A DNA stretch of 64,000 nucleotides from Promethearchaeati archaeon (GTDB taxonomy: Archaea > Asgardarchaeota > Heimdallarchaeia > Heimdallarchaeales > Heimdallarchaeaceae): assembly GCA_013166775.1 (NCBI GenBank), contig JABLTJ010000004.1, positions 105,834 through 169,833 on the forward strand, written 5' to 3'. This document shows, piece by piece, positions 1 to 10,700 of this stretch. Every line of letters begins with the position of its first letter. Position 1 is the first letter of the stretch. The translations under genes were made by a program, and so were the position numbers. The notes beneath the pieces are model-generated. The model was not told the DNA's origin. It did not search any database and saw nothing but the letters and a program-made list of their open reading frames with translations.

Positions 1-35
1 ATATTTCTCTTCATAATGATGATGATGTAATTATT

Positions 36-1007
36 TTGATTCAGGGGGAAACAAAAGAAACTGATATACCAAATTTCACTCCAGGATTCAGTTTTCCACA
101 ATTTGATTTGCCTGTGGATTCAATGGGTAATATTTTCAGAAAGACCAAAGATAATCTAAGAGATCTTCATTCAATATCAGGATTGTTTGAGTTTTCAATA
201 AATCCGCTAGTTACAACGTATAGAGGAAGAAATTTTCAGAAATTGATGGAGAATCATAAGGAAAAACTTGGAAAAACAAATATCAAACACAATTTATTGG
301 ATATTGAAGATATTTCTAACTATTATCCCTTTATTTCTCGTCAAGAGGAAATATATCTTTTGGAGATATTTGATTCAATAACATGTGCAAATATCAATGA
401 ATTATCCCATGCTTTTCAGAAGTTTGCAGAAGAAAATAATGTTATTATAACAAAAGAATCTGGAAACCTAAGACTAGATGTGAAAAGTTGCCAATTACTA
501 TCAGAAGAGAGCAGCTATACAGCTAATAAGAATATCACAATTACGTCAAAACAACTATTTTCTTCTTCCTTTCATGAAGAATTTTTTGCTCTAGATATCT
601 CGACACCAGTCTTTGAAAAATTTCCTAGAATTAATCTAATTGATTTCAACAACAAATCCTGTATGTGGTTGGAAGAAGCGGGTTATTTTCATATCTTTAG
701 ACTGTTTGATGTCGACGATGAAGAACGTAATAGAAAACAAGTAGAGAAAGATTTTGAAAAAATCTTTCCACATCTTGGAATACTTGAAATTGCTGATTCC
801 AGCTTTGTTAAGTTAATGCAATGTAATAATCTGAGTAAATCACTTGGAACTTTAAGTTCCACCAACATTCATTACTTCTCACTCCCAGTAGAGTCTGAGC
901 TTTCATTGATTACAATTCTTGCAGAGAATTATTCATATTTAATTGCTGCTGATAGATTAAAGGAAAATGGAGAGTTTAATTTTCTCAATCTGGCAACAAA
1001 AGACTGA
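36..1007 (+). CDS. hypothetical protein
   Basis: 323-aa ORF converging on the HEAT-repeat gene; no recognisable motif; start uncertain (TTG 36 or ATG 123). Confidence 0.6.
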   Translation: MIQGETKETDIPNFTPGFSFPQFDLPVDSMGNIFRKTKDNLRDLHSISGLFEFSINPLVTTYRGRNFQKLMENHKEKLGKTNIKHNLLDIEDISNYYPFISRQEEIYLLEIFDSITCANINELSHAFQKFAEENNVIITKESGNLRLDVKSCQLLSEESSYTANKNITITSKQLFSSSFHEEFFALDISTPVFEKFPRINLIDFNNKSCMWLEEAGYFHIFRLFDVDDEERNRKQVEKDFEKIFPHLGILEIADSSFVKLMQCNNLSKSLGTLSSTNIHYFSLPVESELSLITILAENYSYLIAADRLKENGEFNFLNLATKD

Positions 1008-1020
1008 TTTCCAGATTCAA

Positions 1021-3378
1021 CTAATTTACCATTTCTTCTAAGAATTCACTGTACTTAATTAGATTATCTTGACAATATCTTCTTATTACCCTTGTATGTG
1101 ATTTAACGATTAGGTTATTTAGAAACTTTAGTTTCTTATTTTTCTTTATTGTATTCAGAATACCAACAACGATTTCAGCTTTTAATCCCTTAGATTTCTC
1201 AATGAATTGCTTCCTTGATTTCGCAGTCATTTTAGTTAGCCCTTTAACTATACCATCGACACTATCTACACCTAAATAATTTAATGAAGAAATTCCAACC
1301 CTAGCATTACCTTCAACTATCTGGTTGACTGTTTCTTGTATTATTTCAATATCCTGAGCAATAGCAAGGAGAAGTATTAATCGTTCTTTTGCTTTTTTGT
1401 TCCTTTCCTTTTGGAAGAATTTCCTCAATGGTTGAATCGCTGATTTTTCCATTTTTTCGATTATTTTTCGAAGATTATTGAACCATTTATCCTCAGCACT
1501 TTTTAGATTAGGAAGAATCAATTCGAGTGTTTTACTTTCCATTTTGCTTAATGCACTTATGGTAGACTTTACAAGATGCTGATTTGAAGAAGTTAATTGT
1601 TGGGAGAGTTTCTTTACAATGGGAGAACCTATTTTTACTGCAGCATAAATTGAAGCTTCTCTGACCAATTCTTTAGATCTCTTCATATTATTAATAATAA
1701 CATCAATAACGCCTGGATCTTGCAATTCACCTAGAGCTCTTGTTGAAATTTCTGCTATACCGTCATCATTATCTTTTGCAGCTTTTATTAATGAAATGAG
1801 AGCTCTCTTACTTTTTATTTTTCGTAAAGATTCAACAGCTTTTCGTCTTAATTTAATATTAGGGTCTGATAAGATTGATGAGAGGATAGGAACTGATTTA
1901 GTACCAAGATGAGACAACAAATCACAAGATTTTTCTCTAATTTCTGGATCTATCTCCTTCAAGGATTTAGTTAATAAATCGAAGATTTCGTCGTCTTTAG
2001 ATCTTATTTTTCCTTTATGGAGAGCGAATGAATAACCTAGTTCTTGCAGTTCTTCTGATGGGTAGTATAGAAATAGTATAATTCCAAGTTTCACACCTTG
2101 AGTAAGATTACTTTCAAGAAATCCATCTAGTGCGAGTTCGATATTATCTGTACCAAAATAATGTAAAACCTCCACTGCATTTTTCCTAAGTTGTAAGTCA
2201 TCATCAATCAGTTCTTCAATTAAAACCTTTATTGAGGGAGTGCCTAAAGTGAGTAGAGCTTGAGTAACAGCTTCAAGAATCGATGGATTCTTTCCTGCTA
2301 GTTGAGTTGTTAATAATCTTATTGCTCCTTCGTAACCATACTTTTGACTCATAACCAGAGTTAAACACTGTGCTGCGTTTCTCCTAACATTCCTTTTACC
2401 TTTTTGGAGAGCACTCATTAGATAATCATAACTCGATTCACCTATTCTTTTCATAGATTCAATTATGTAAGGAACGTTTCTATCTTTTTCAAGGGCAGTA
2501 ATCAAACTTGGAAGTGCTCCATTGCCAATTAAGGCTAGAGACCTTGCAGCATAATACGCAGCGGGATCACCCTTTTCAAATTGGTTTACAAGTATCCCAA
2601 TAGCTTTTTCACTCCCTAGATTCCCTAATGCTTCAATAATAGCTAATTGTGTATCTATAGAGTCCTTGAAATTTGAGAGTCTCGTGATTAAAACATCAAC
2701 ATGCTTTTGATTATCTAGATGCATCAAAATAATTGAACCATATTTAATATGCTCTTCAACATTGGAAGTCAGAATTATTTCACGAACTTGCTTTACGAAA
2801 AGATACGTAAGTTCAGGAAATTGAGTGATTGTGAGAAGAGTAAGTTCGGTGAAAATAGGATTAGTTTGCTTTAATCTATAAGAGAGAATTTTCTTTATTT
2901 CCTTAGATTGCTCATCAATAAATTGAAAATTAATGAAAGTGTCATCATAATTTGATAAGGAAGAATGACAGGTTCTGATGGCAATTTCAGTTAGAGTCGC
3001 TAGAACAGGTGTAACTATTTGTGCTTTACTAATAGCAGAAAAAATCTTCTTTGCTTGAAGTGTAGAAAGTATTTCGAAGAATAATTCAAAACTCTCATCC
3101 TTGATTAAATATGTATGAATAATAGGAATAAAATACTGAAGTTTATTGACTATAACAGCTTTTATTAGATTGTCATGATTTTTAAGATATTCTTGGATTA
3201 TCTTGTCCGTTGGAATATAATCCGTACTAAATAATAATTTTGTAGCATTTACTCTAACTAGCGTATCCTTATCAGTTAGAAAATTGATCAATAAATAATA
3301 ATCTTTAATGTTTTCTAGGCTTATTTTTTCTACTTTTTCTTCTTTCAAGAGGAGTCTTTTGAGCTCTTCTTCATTCAA
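1021..3378 (-). CDS. HEAT-repeat (alpha-solenoid) protein
   Basis: Repeated ~31-aa helical hairpins such as VRRNAAQCL, LRKNAVEVL, IREKSCDLL, LRRKAVESL, AIIEALGNLG; TTG start overlaps the GTPase stop. Confidence 0.85.
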   Translation of the reverse strand: MNEEELKRLLLKEEKVEKISLENIKDYYLLINFLTDKDTLVRVNATKLLFSTDYIPTDKIIQEYLKNHDNLIKAVIVNKLQYFIPIIHTYLIKDESFELFFEILSTLQAKKIFSAISKAQIVTPVLATLTEIAIRTCHSSLSNYDDTFINFQFIDEQSKEIKKILSYRLKQTNPIFTELTLLTITQFPELTYLFVKQVREIILTSNVEEHIKYGSIILMHLDNQKHVDVLITRLSNFKDSIDTQLAIIEALGNLGSEKAIGILVNQFEKGDPAAYYAARSLALIGNGALPSLITALEKDRNVPYIIESMKRIGESSYDYLMSALQKGKRNVRRNAAQCLTLVMSQKYGYEGAIRLLTTQLAGKNPSILEAVTQALLTLGTPSIKVLIEELIDDDLQLRKNAVEVLHYFGTDNIELALDGFLESNLTQGVKLGIILFLYYPSEELQELGYSFALHKGKIRSKDDEIFDLLTKSLKEIDPEIREKSCDLLSHLGTKSVPILSSILSDPNIKLRRKAVESLRKIKSKRALISLIKAAKDNDDGIAEISTRALGELQDPGVIDVIINNMKRSKELVREASIYAAVKIGSPIVKKLSQQLTSSNQHLVKSTISALSKMESKTLELILPNLKSAEDKWFNNLRKIIEKMEKSAIQPLRKFFQKERNKKAKERLILLLAIAQDIEIIQETVNQIVEGNARVGISSLNYLGVDSVDGIVKGLTKMTAKSRKQFIEKSKGLKAEIVVGILNTIKKNKKLKFLNNLIVKSHTRVIRRYCQDNLIKYSEFLEEMVN

Positions 3379-3965
3379 GTAGTCTGCCCCCTCTGCTTCT
3401 TGCGGTACTTAATGAAATCTATAATTCCAGAACCAAGATTCTCAAAAACTTCTTGAACATTTTCTCCAGTTCTTGCAGAAGTTTCATAGTATTTAACTTT
3501 GAATCCTTTAGATTTGTATTTCTTATTTAAATCTTGAACGTATGCTAATGCTTTTTCTTTTACATTTACTCGTTTTGTTTTAGAAAGAAGGTCCATTTTG
3601 TTACCTAAAACATAGAATGGAACAATACCTCTTTCTGTACCTATTTCTAATTCTTTCACCCATCTATCTAAAGTTTTTAGTGTAGAAATTTTCGTAGCGT
3701 CAAAAACCATTAATGCACCTAAAGTTCCCCTATAATACAACATACGAACTTTCTCGAAAATTTCTTGACCAGCAATGTCCCAGATTTGAAATAAAACTGA
3801 ATAATCGTAAATTTCTTTTGGTAAAGAAGCAAAATCAGCTCCAATTGTTTCAAGATGTTTTGTGATAAAACCTTCCCCCAAATACGAACGTCTTAGACTT
3901 GTTTTTCCAACCGCTGCTTCTCCTGCTAAGATGACCTTTAAAAATAGTTTTTGACCATAGCTCAC
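3375..3965 (-). CDS. Rab-like small GTPase (Ras superfamily)
   Basis: G1 GEAAVGKT, G2 TIGADF, G3 WDIAGQ, YYRG, G4 NKMD, G5 ETSAR; polybasic C-terminus with no Cys. Confidence 0.93.
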   Translation of the reverse strand: MSYGQKLFLKVILAGEAAVGKTSLRRSYLGEGFITKHLETIGADFASLPKEIYDYSVLFQIWDIAGQEIFEKVRMLYYRGTLGALMVFDATKISTLKTLDRWVKELEIGTERGIVPFYVLGNKMDLLSKTKRVNVKEKALAYVQDLNKKYKSKGFKVKYYETSARTGENVQEVFENLGSGIIDFIKYRKKQRGQTT

Positions 3966-3967
3966 TG

Positions 3968-5737
3968 TTATCCCGTCTCACTAGTTATATTGTTTTTAGA
4001 TAAATGCTTTGTTCGTCCTAGTTTATTATTAATAAAATTGAAAACAGCTGAAAGAGGGAGTAAGAATGAATAAATCAAATATAATGCACCTAAAGCTGTA
4101 ATCAACAATACAAGAATTTCTCCATTAAGAATTAAACCTAAATTAGGTGTAAGCAACATCCCTAAAACGAAATTGTTTACTACATGTAAGAAAATAGCTG
4201 CATGTAAACCATACTTATAGAAAGCATATCCAAAGATTAATCCAGCTACTGCAGCTTGGAAAATCTTCCCTTCTTGCCAATAAGGATAACCTAATTGATA
4301 GTGTACATACCCGAAACTATAGGATGAAAAGAGAAGAAAAAGAAAATCAATTAATCCTAATTTCTTCCAGCGTCCTGTTAGGTAAAAGAGGGGATTCTTA
4401 GGTTTTTTTTCAAATATATATCTTGCAACTCTAGACGAATTTGAATGATTTTTTTTGTTTCTTTTAATCATTATTTGTGATAATTTTATTATTCCATAAA
4501 AAATACCATTTAGAATAAACAGAGGTAGTCCAAACAAAAGAAAACGATATGTTATTTCTTCATTAAAACCAGCCCAATATAATTGTGATAACTGTACGTA
4601 TAGTACATCATAATTGATATCTATTTGTGAAGCTATGGGTATTCCTAAATTAAGAAGAATAATGATTATGAATGAAGCTAAAGCTAGATTTAAGCAAGCC
4701 AAGTTCATTACAGGAATTATATCACTGACCATTATTCGTTTGAAGAATTTCTCTGTTCTATTTTTCGAGGTTCCAGGCAAAGTTGATGGAGGGCTATATT
4801 CCTTTGGCTGAATATCAGGAGAGAGAATGTTGAATGCTATATCATCCATTGATTCTTCAGGAGAAAAATCTCCAGCATCAGATGGTACTTCCTCTAATGA
4901 CAGTTTTTTGTCCTTTCTAGGTAAGTAGAATAATAGAATAGTAATACCGAAGAGAGCAAAACACATTAAAGATTGAGTAAGTTTCCAATCAACGATAAAT
5001 TTTGATGGAATTGAGGTTGATACAAAAAATTCTTGTCTAAAACCCAACTCAGCTTTGTAAGAGTAAAAGAAATTAGGATAAGTAAAAGAAAGATTTGCGA
5101 CAACTGTATCAGAAGGTATTGAAGGAAAGACGATGAAAACAAGAAAATTAGAAACAACAAGCATTATTGCTACAACAACCATACTATTTTTCCACAGTTT
5201 ATTTATGGAATACTGAGATTGTTTAACAAGTGATCCCAAACCAATTTTCCTATCATCTGGTAAGATGATTTCTTTATGGATCAGTAATCCAAGATGCTGT
5301 TCAATTTTCGGATAGGTGAAGATTCCAATTAGAGAGCTCAATATAGCTATTTGTAGAAATTGAAGTAGGTTAGTAGAGACTGTGATTAGGATAAAATTAT
5401 CTCTGAAAATTGTTAAATAGACAATAATAGTATAAATCAGAATAATACCAAATAAAGGTAAGAAGAATTTAAACAGATGAGTGAGTGCATTATCACCTTG
5501 ATCCTTTTTATTTATTATAAACCATCTTCGAATTTTCCAACCATATAAAATGTAAAAGATTACTGAAATGAAATAAATTACTATAGAAATTATGAAGCCT
5601 TGTTCTAGGTAGTAGAAGCCGAAATCAATATCATTGGCAGAGAATAAGGTAATCATAGTGTTTAATGCAGATAAAGCAAGAATGAAAACAGGAATAAAGA
5701 GTGTGTCAAGAATCATTCTACTGATATTCTTCCGCAT
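3968..5737 (-). CDS. CPBP (Abi/Rce1-like) family intramembrane glutamic protease with additional N-terminal TM region
   Basis: Multi-TM protein with motifs EEITYR, FGYVH and HVVNN (EExxxR, FxxxH, HxxxN). Confidence 0.85.
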   Translation of the reverse strand: MRKNISRMILDTLFIPVFILALSALNTMITLFSANDIDFGFYYLEQGFIISIVIYFISVIFYILYGWKIRRWFIINKKDQGDNALTHLFKFFLPLFGIILIYTIIVYLTIFRDNFILITVSTNLLQFLQIAILSSLIGIFTYPKIEQHLGLLIHKEIILPDDRKIGLGSLVKQSQYSINKLWKNSMVVVAIMLVVSNFLVFIVFPSIPSDTVVANLSFTYPNFFYSYKAELGFRQEFFVSTSIPSKFIVDWKLTQSLMCFALFGITILLFYLPRKDKKLSLEEVPSDAGDFSPEESMDDIAFNILSPDIQPKEYSPPSTLPGTSKNRTEKFFKRIMVSDIIPVMNLACLNLALASFIIIILLNLGIPIASQIDINYDVLYVQLSQLYWAGFNEEITYRFLLFGLPLFILNGIFYGIIKLSQIMIKRNKKNHSNSSRVARYIFEKKPKNPLFYLTGRWKKLGLIDFLFLLFSSYSFGYVHYQLGYPYWQEGKIFQAAVAGLIFGYAFYKYGLHAAIFLHVVNNFVLGMLLTPNLGLILNGEILVLLITALGALYLIYSFLLPLSAVFNFINNKLGRTKHLSKNNITSETG

Positions 5738-5903
5738 TTTAATGACCTTTAAATATTATTACTTAAAGTTCTTTTCAGTCTTTAGGTATTTATGAATTTT
5801 TGATATCCAATAGTTTAAGGAAAAGCTTTTAAACATGAATACGACTTTTTGTTCTAATTCAAACATAAGCAAACTAAAGACAACCGATTTACAGGTGTAT
5901 TAT

Positions 5904-6323
5904 ATGAGCAAGAAAAAGAAAGATGAAAAAGAAGAAGTAGTTGAAGAGGAAGTCGAAGAAGAAGTAGGTGAAGAGGAAGCTGAAGAAAAAATAGTTGAAG
6001 AAGCAAAGAAAAAGAAGAAACCTGCTCCTAAAGCTAGAAGTGAAGAAGAGCGTCAAATAATCTACATCGGTAAGAAGAACACCATTAGCTATGTTCTCGT
6101 TGCTGTAACTATATTAAATAAGCATGATAACTGTAATATCCAAGCGAGAGGAAGGCAAATCTCTAAAGCAGTTGATGTTGCAGAGATTACTCGCAGAAAA
6201 TTCTTACAAGACATAGTTGAAGTAAGTGGTGTTATTATTGGTTCTGAAGATATCGCAAGTGATATAGAAGGAATGCCACCTAAGACTGTCTCTACAATTG
6301 AGATAATTATGAAGAAAAAATAG
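5904..6323 (+). CDS. albA: DNA/RNA-binding chromatin protein Alba with charged N-terminal extension
   Basis: IYIGKK..SYV, ARGRQISKAVDVAE and VSTIEI motifs; ATG 5904 is preceded by AGGTG and is preferred over the ORF start at 5835. Confidence 0.92.
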   Translation: MSKKKKDEKEEVVEEEVEEEVGEEEAEEKIVEEAKKKKKPAPKARSEEERQIIYIGKKNTISYVLVAVTILNKHDNCNIQARGRQISKAVDVAEITRRKFLQDIVEVSGVIIGSEDIASDIEGMPPKTVSTIEIIMKKK

Positions 6324-6345
6324 CAAAGTAAGATTCACTTAATAG

Positions 6346-6368
6346 AATTTTTTTCTTTAATTTTTTAT
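6346..6368 (+). terminator. T-rich tract after albA, possible archaeal terminator
   Basis: T-runs (ttttttt, tttttt) between the convergent albA and top6A stop codons. Confidence 0.35.
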
Positions 6369-6380
6369 ATATAATTGATG

Positions 6381-7790
6381 TTAGATGAAATCTCCTGTTT
6401 CAATCTTTTGAGGTAGATAGAAATTTGTAATATATTGTGGATCTCGAGCATTCAGAGCTTGTATTTCAGCTTTATACCCACTGGAAATTAGAATCTCTAA
6501 CTGTTCTTTCCATCTTGGTTTTCTTACTACAAATTCCTCTTCTAGCATAAGCTTAGATCTATGAATATCTTTGGCAGTCATTTTTAGGAGAGTGCTACTA
6601 GGAATATCAAAACCACTTTCTGGAGCTAGATCACTTGGAAGAAGCCCCAACCACTTAATGCTTGGTACTGCTAAATGACTAGATTCGAAGCTTAGTGCTT
6701 TGCTTCCTACACTATAAACTCTCATGATTTCAAATCCATAGGGATCGGCATCCATAATCGCAAAAATAGGGAGCTTCAATTCATCATCTATTTTTTTGAG
6801 AAACTGTCTTGTTGCAATATCTGGTTGTCCTTTTGCAGTTATTAGAATACTTGGCACATAATCATAAAAATGATCTTCTGCTAATCTATTAAAGACAGCA
6901 TCTTTTTCTATTACTAATACAAATTCTGCATCAGAATCTAAATCTTCTATGTCATCTATATTCGGTGAAATAGCTTTTCCTGCTCCAATTGCTCTACAAT
7001 TAATTAAATCACCTTTTTCCTTAAAATCTATGCGACCTACAACTATACCTTTAGAAGATGCACTTATGTTGAGTGAGGATCTAGTTACTTGCAACATTGC
7101 GCTCAAATCCTCTAATAATGAATCAGAGACAGTTTGCTTCTCAAACGAATTAACATCCATGTAAAATACATCTCTTTTGGTACTATGAATATCTCTGGTA
7201 AGAATATCGTGAATAATCCTCATAATGATAGTCATTTGTTCCACAGAGCTTACAGATGCAAGATTACGAAATTGTCGTTCAATCATTTGTCTTCCAATTA
7301 GAACGAGTTCTTGTTCTTCGTCAAATCCTACATTTGTTCCAGCTCTAGAGGGAATATAAAACGAAGCTTCAGATGGAGATAGCATTGCCTGTTGAAGAAA
7401 AGCCAAAGAGTATTCCACAAGCAAATTGTTGGTTTCTTCAGATGTTTTAGTATCTACATGAGTAACACCAAAAGGCATAAAATGATCTAATTTATGTTCA
7501 AGTTCTTTACGAACATCTTGAATCTTTTTCAGAGAAACTGCGTTTTTTATACTGATTTTCATTGTTTCCTTTTGCAAAGGGTATCTTGATAATTTTCGAG
7601 TTGATTCCAGTTTGTACCATTTCTTTGCACTTCTGAGAAATAAAACAAAAGATCCTCGCCTAAGATCAAAGGCTTCTCTAGCCCATGAATACATTTCTCT
7701 AACTAAAATTTCTTTATCAAAACTAAATGGTTTTTCCAATGCGGGTATAATTGTTGAGTTTCTAAATATGAAATTAAATTCAGGTGGCAT
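6381..7790 (-). CDS. top6A: DNA topoisomerase VI subunit A (Spo11 family) with N-terminal ubiquitin-like extension
   Basis: TKRDVFY (catalytic Tyr), VIEKDAVF, TAKGQPD, DADPYG (TOPRIM) and KAEIQAL; lies 2 bp downstream of top6B. Confidence 0.96.
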   Translation of the reverse strand: MPPEFNFIFRNSTIIPALEKPFSFDKEILVREMYSWAREAFDLRRGSFVLFLRSAKKWYKLESTRKLSRYPLQKETMKISIKNAVSLKKIQDVRKELEHKLDHFMPFGVTHVDTKTSEETNNLLVEYSLAFLQQAMLSPSEASFYIPSRAGTNVGFDEEQELVLIGRQMIERQFRNLASVSSVEQMTIIMRIIHDILTRDIHSTKRDVFYMDVNSFEKQTVSDSLLEDLSAMLQVTRSSLNISASSKGIVVGRIDFKEKGDLINCRAIGAGKAISPNIDDIEDLDSDAEFVLVIEKDAVFNRLAEDHFYDYVPSILITAKGQPDIATRQFLKKIDDELKLPIFAIMDADPYGFEIMRVYSVGSKALSFESSHLAVPSIKWLGLLPSDLAPESGFDIPSSTLLKMTAKDIHRSKLMLEEEFVVRKPRWKEQLEILISSGYKAEIQALNARDPQYITNFYLPQKIETGDFI

Positions 7791-7792
7791 TT

Positions 7793-10700
7793 TTAATTAC
7801 CCTCCTTTTTTTGGGTGTTTGAAGATTTCTTAACCGTTGTTGTATTTTTGTTACTTTTGGTCATATCCAACAAAGTTGTCTGTCTAGCTTTAGCTGATTT
7901 TCTATCGGCAGATTTTGTTGTAACTGAAGTTTTTGGTTTTACTGAGGTTGAACCAGCTTTTTTAGGTGTAGCTTTTTTAGTAACAGGTTTTGAGGTACTA
8001 GTTTTCTTAATGACTTTTACTTTCTTAGGTGGAAGTCTGCTTTTTAGGCTCTTGATAGCCATATAACTGAGATCTGTTTTCTCATCGAGTTGCGCAGCTG
8101 GATAAACTACAAAATCTTTGATGGTGGTAATTCCTAATTGCTTGATTTGCTTAATTACTTCAGGTTTTATCTCTAAAGTTCCAATGGGTTGTTCAAGTAT
8201 TCCTATCAGCTTCTTAACATTTGGATCCTTTAACGATGTGGAATTCTTCATCTCTGTATCTGGCATTAAAAGTGCTTGAAGAGTGGTTATACTACTTCCT
8301 TTCAATTGAGCTATATTACCTTCAGTAATATGTGGAAGTGTTTTTCTTATTTCGACTTGATCCTTTTCAGCTTGCTTGAGAGATTCAGGATTCAATGACG
8401 CATAAAGTGATCGAAGATCCTTTACAGGTAGTGTAATTATCTTAGAGAGCTGTTGAACTAGAGTTGCGAATAAATCCCATAAATTATTGATATTTTTGCT
8501 ATGCAACAGAAAAACACTCTGAGCATTGATTTTAATCATGTCAGTAAGATAATAAATCGGGGTTTCCAGAAGTTTTTGTATTCGAGATATTTGAAGTTTA
8601 TTTAATCTCGAAGTTGAAGCTATGAGTTCTTCTGAGGCTTTCAAATGAGCGATGGTTGTATAACCAGATATCTTTAATAATTTCTTTGTGTTTTTATCGA
8701 ACAAACCTATCTTATCTACAGGATAACTCTTGTTAACCAACGCATCTTTTATCGACAAGAGACTCAAGGAACTTTGTAATTTCTGTACAATTGTTTGTTC
8801 CTGTTCTGTAAGAGACATTTTTACAACTTTTCTTACATCTGGAACAACAATGAAATCAATAACTTGTACGATTCCTGCTACTTCTAATTTAGAAATTAAT
8901 CGTTCTTGATTAACAAACAGATTGATCGGAGCTCTTAGAGCAATAACTAATTCGACAAGTTCTGGCTCGTAATCTGCGATCTCCGTATTCTCTAGATGTT
9001 TAATCAGAGTACCGAAGGATCTAATTTTCTGTTTTCTGAGGAAAGGTGCTAACTCTGAACCGCGTATAAAGCTAGACAATCTCTTCTGTTCATCGTCCAG
9101 CATTCTTTCCACTTTTGTTGAGGATAATTTAGGTAAAAGATTAGCACAACTCAGTTTATCGCTTTCAGGTGTAGTTGATTTGCAATAGAGCAATAAATCA
9201 TAAATATTGACTAGCTTTAATTCTGATACAAGTTTCTGGATATTCTTGGATTGTCTAATAGGTGGTAATGAAAGCAATTCTGTTTCTACCATAGAACAAA
9301 CAGTTTCTGTGAGTTTCCAGAGAGAACTTGTTTTAGCACTAGATTGTCTATTGAAAATTATAGCTTCTTCAATTGAATAAATAGTGTTACTCTCTAATTG
9401 TGATATATTACTTCCACTAAGTAATTCAGAAGGTAGATTCGTCAATTCCTTTTCAAGATCATTTAAAAGACTAATTGATATATTTCTAAGATTTCTTAGG
9501 AATGTCGTTTCTGAGATCTGTTTCTTAATCTTGATACTATCTTCTAGCAATAACTCTCTGATATTTCTATATGGGAGTTTAGCTACTTGATCGATACTAT
9601 TTCTAGTAGGAGCTAAGAGAATAGGAGATCTTGATAAAAATGGAACCAATTCCTTGAATCGCTTACTTATTTTTGAGTGTAGATGCGATTTTGTTTGGTC
9701 ATAGATTGCAGTTTTATGCTTTTCAAGTAATAGTAAATATTCAATTGTTGAATCTGACATTTCCAATTTCTGATCTTTAGATTCAAGATTGAGTATTTGA
9801 GATAGGGGTAAACCTTTACTAAAAATGAAATTAATTACAGTACTGATACTATCTCGCTGTTTTTTCTCCATGGTCATTTTATCTATGCTTGGAGCCAAAT
9901 ATGCAAGGTCTAATATTGATAAGGAAAACTCGGAAGTTGAATCAAAATCTTTCAAATTTAGTTGTTTAAAGATTTTTATCTTATCCAAGATATAGTTTGG
10001 AACTTTCTCAAGTTTTACTTTCTTCTCAAAAAGGTCTACATAAGTCTTGATGTCCTTTTGTTTCAGGATGTCTATATCCTTTTTGGAGAATAATTTATTC
10101 TCTTTAATTATTGGATGATGACCAATGTTGCCTTCAGTTAATGAATAACGCAGTTTTTCAACTTCAGTTTGTTTAAGGGAAAGAATTGAAGATAACTCTT
10201 TGTTTGTTAATAAATATAAATCTTCAATTGTTTTAATCGATTGGAGTAACCTCTGCCAACTTTTTATTGTTACATTAGGGAATAACAATAATTGTATTGG
10301 AGTATTCAATCTTCTTTGTATTTTGTTTCCTAAAGCTCTGGATATTGGATAATTTTCTTGTTTCAAAGAGTAGATTAAATCGTCCATTGTGGAATAATGT
10401 TTAAGAGTTTCTTTCTTCGTTTCAGCATCAAAAATCTTAATCTTACTTAGTTGAACTTTTTTGCTAACATCTGTTTCTATCTTCTTATATGATAATGATG
10501 TTAGTGAAGTAATTATTGCTTCCTTGAATGAAGCAGGAGTCAAATTGGTCCAGAAAGAGCCAGGTTTGATAATAAGTTCACCAACAGTGAATACTCCTTT
10601 CAAGGCAAGATTTTCGGTATCAGACTTCGAAAGAAAAGACAATGAAGAAACAGGATTCTGGAATGATTGATTGATTTTGTGTCCTAATATGCTTAATGAA

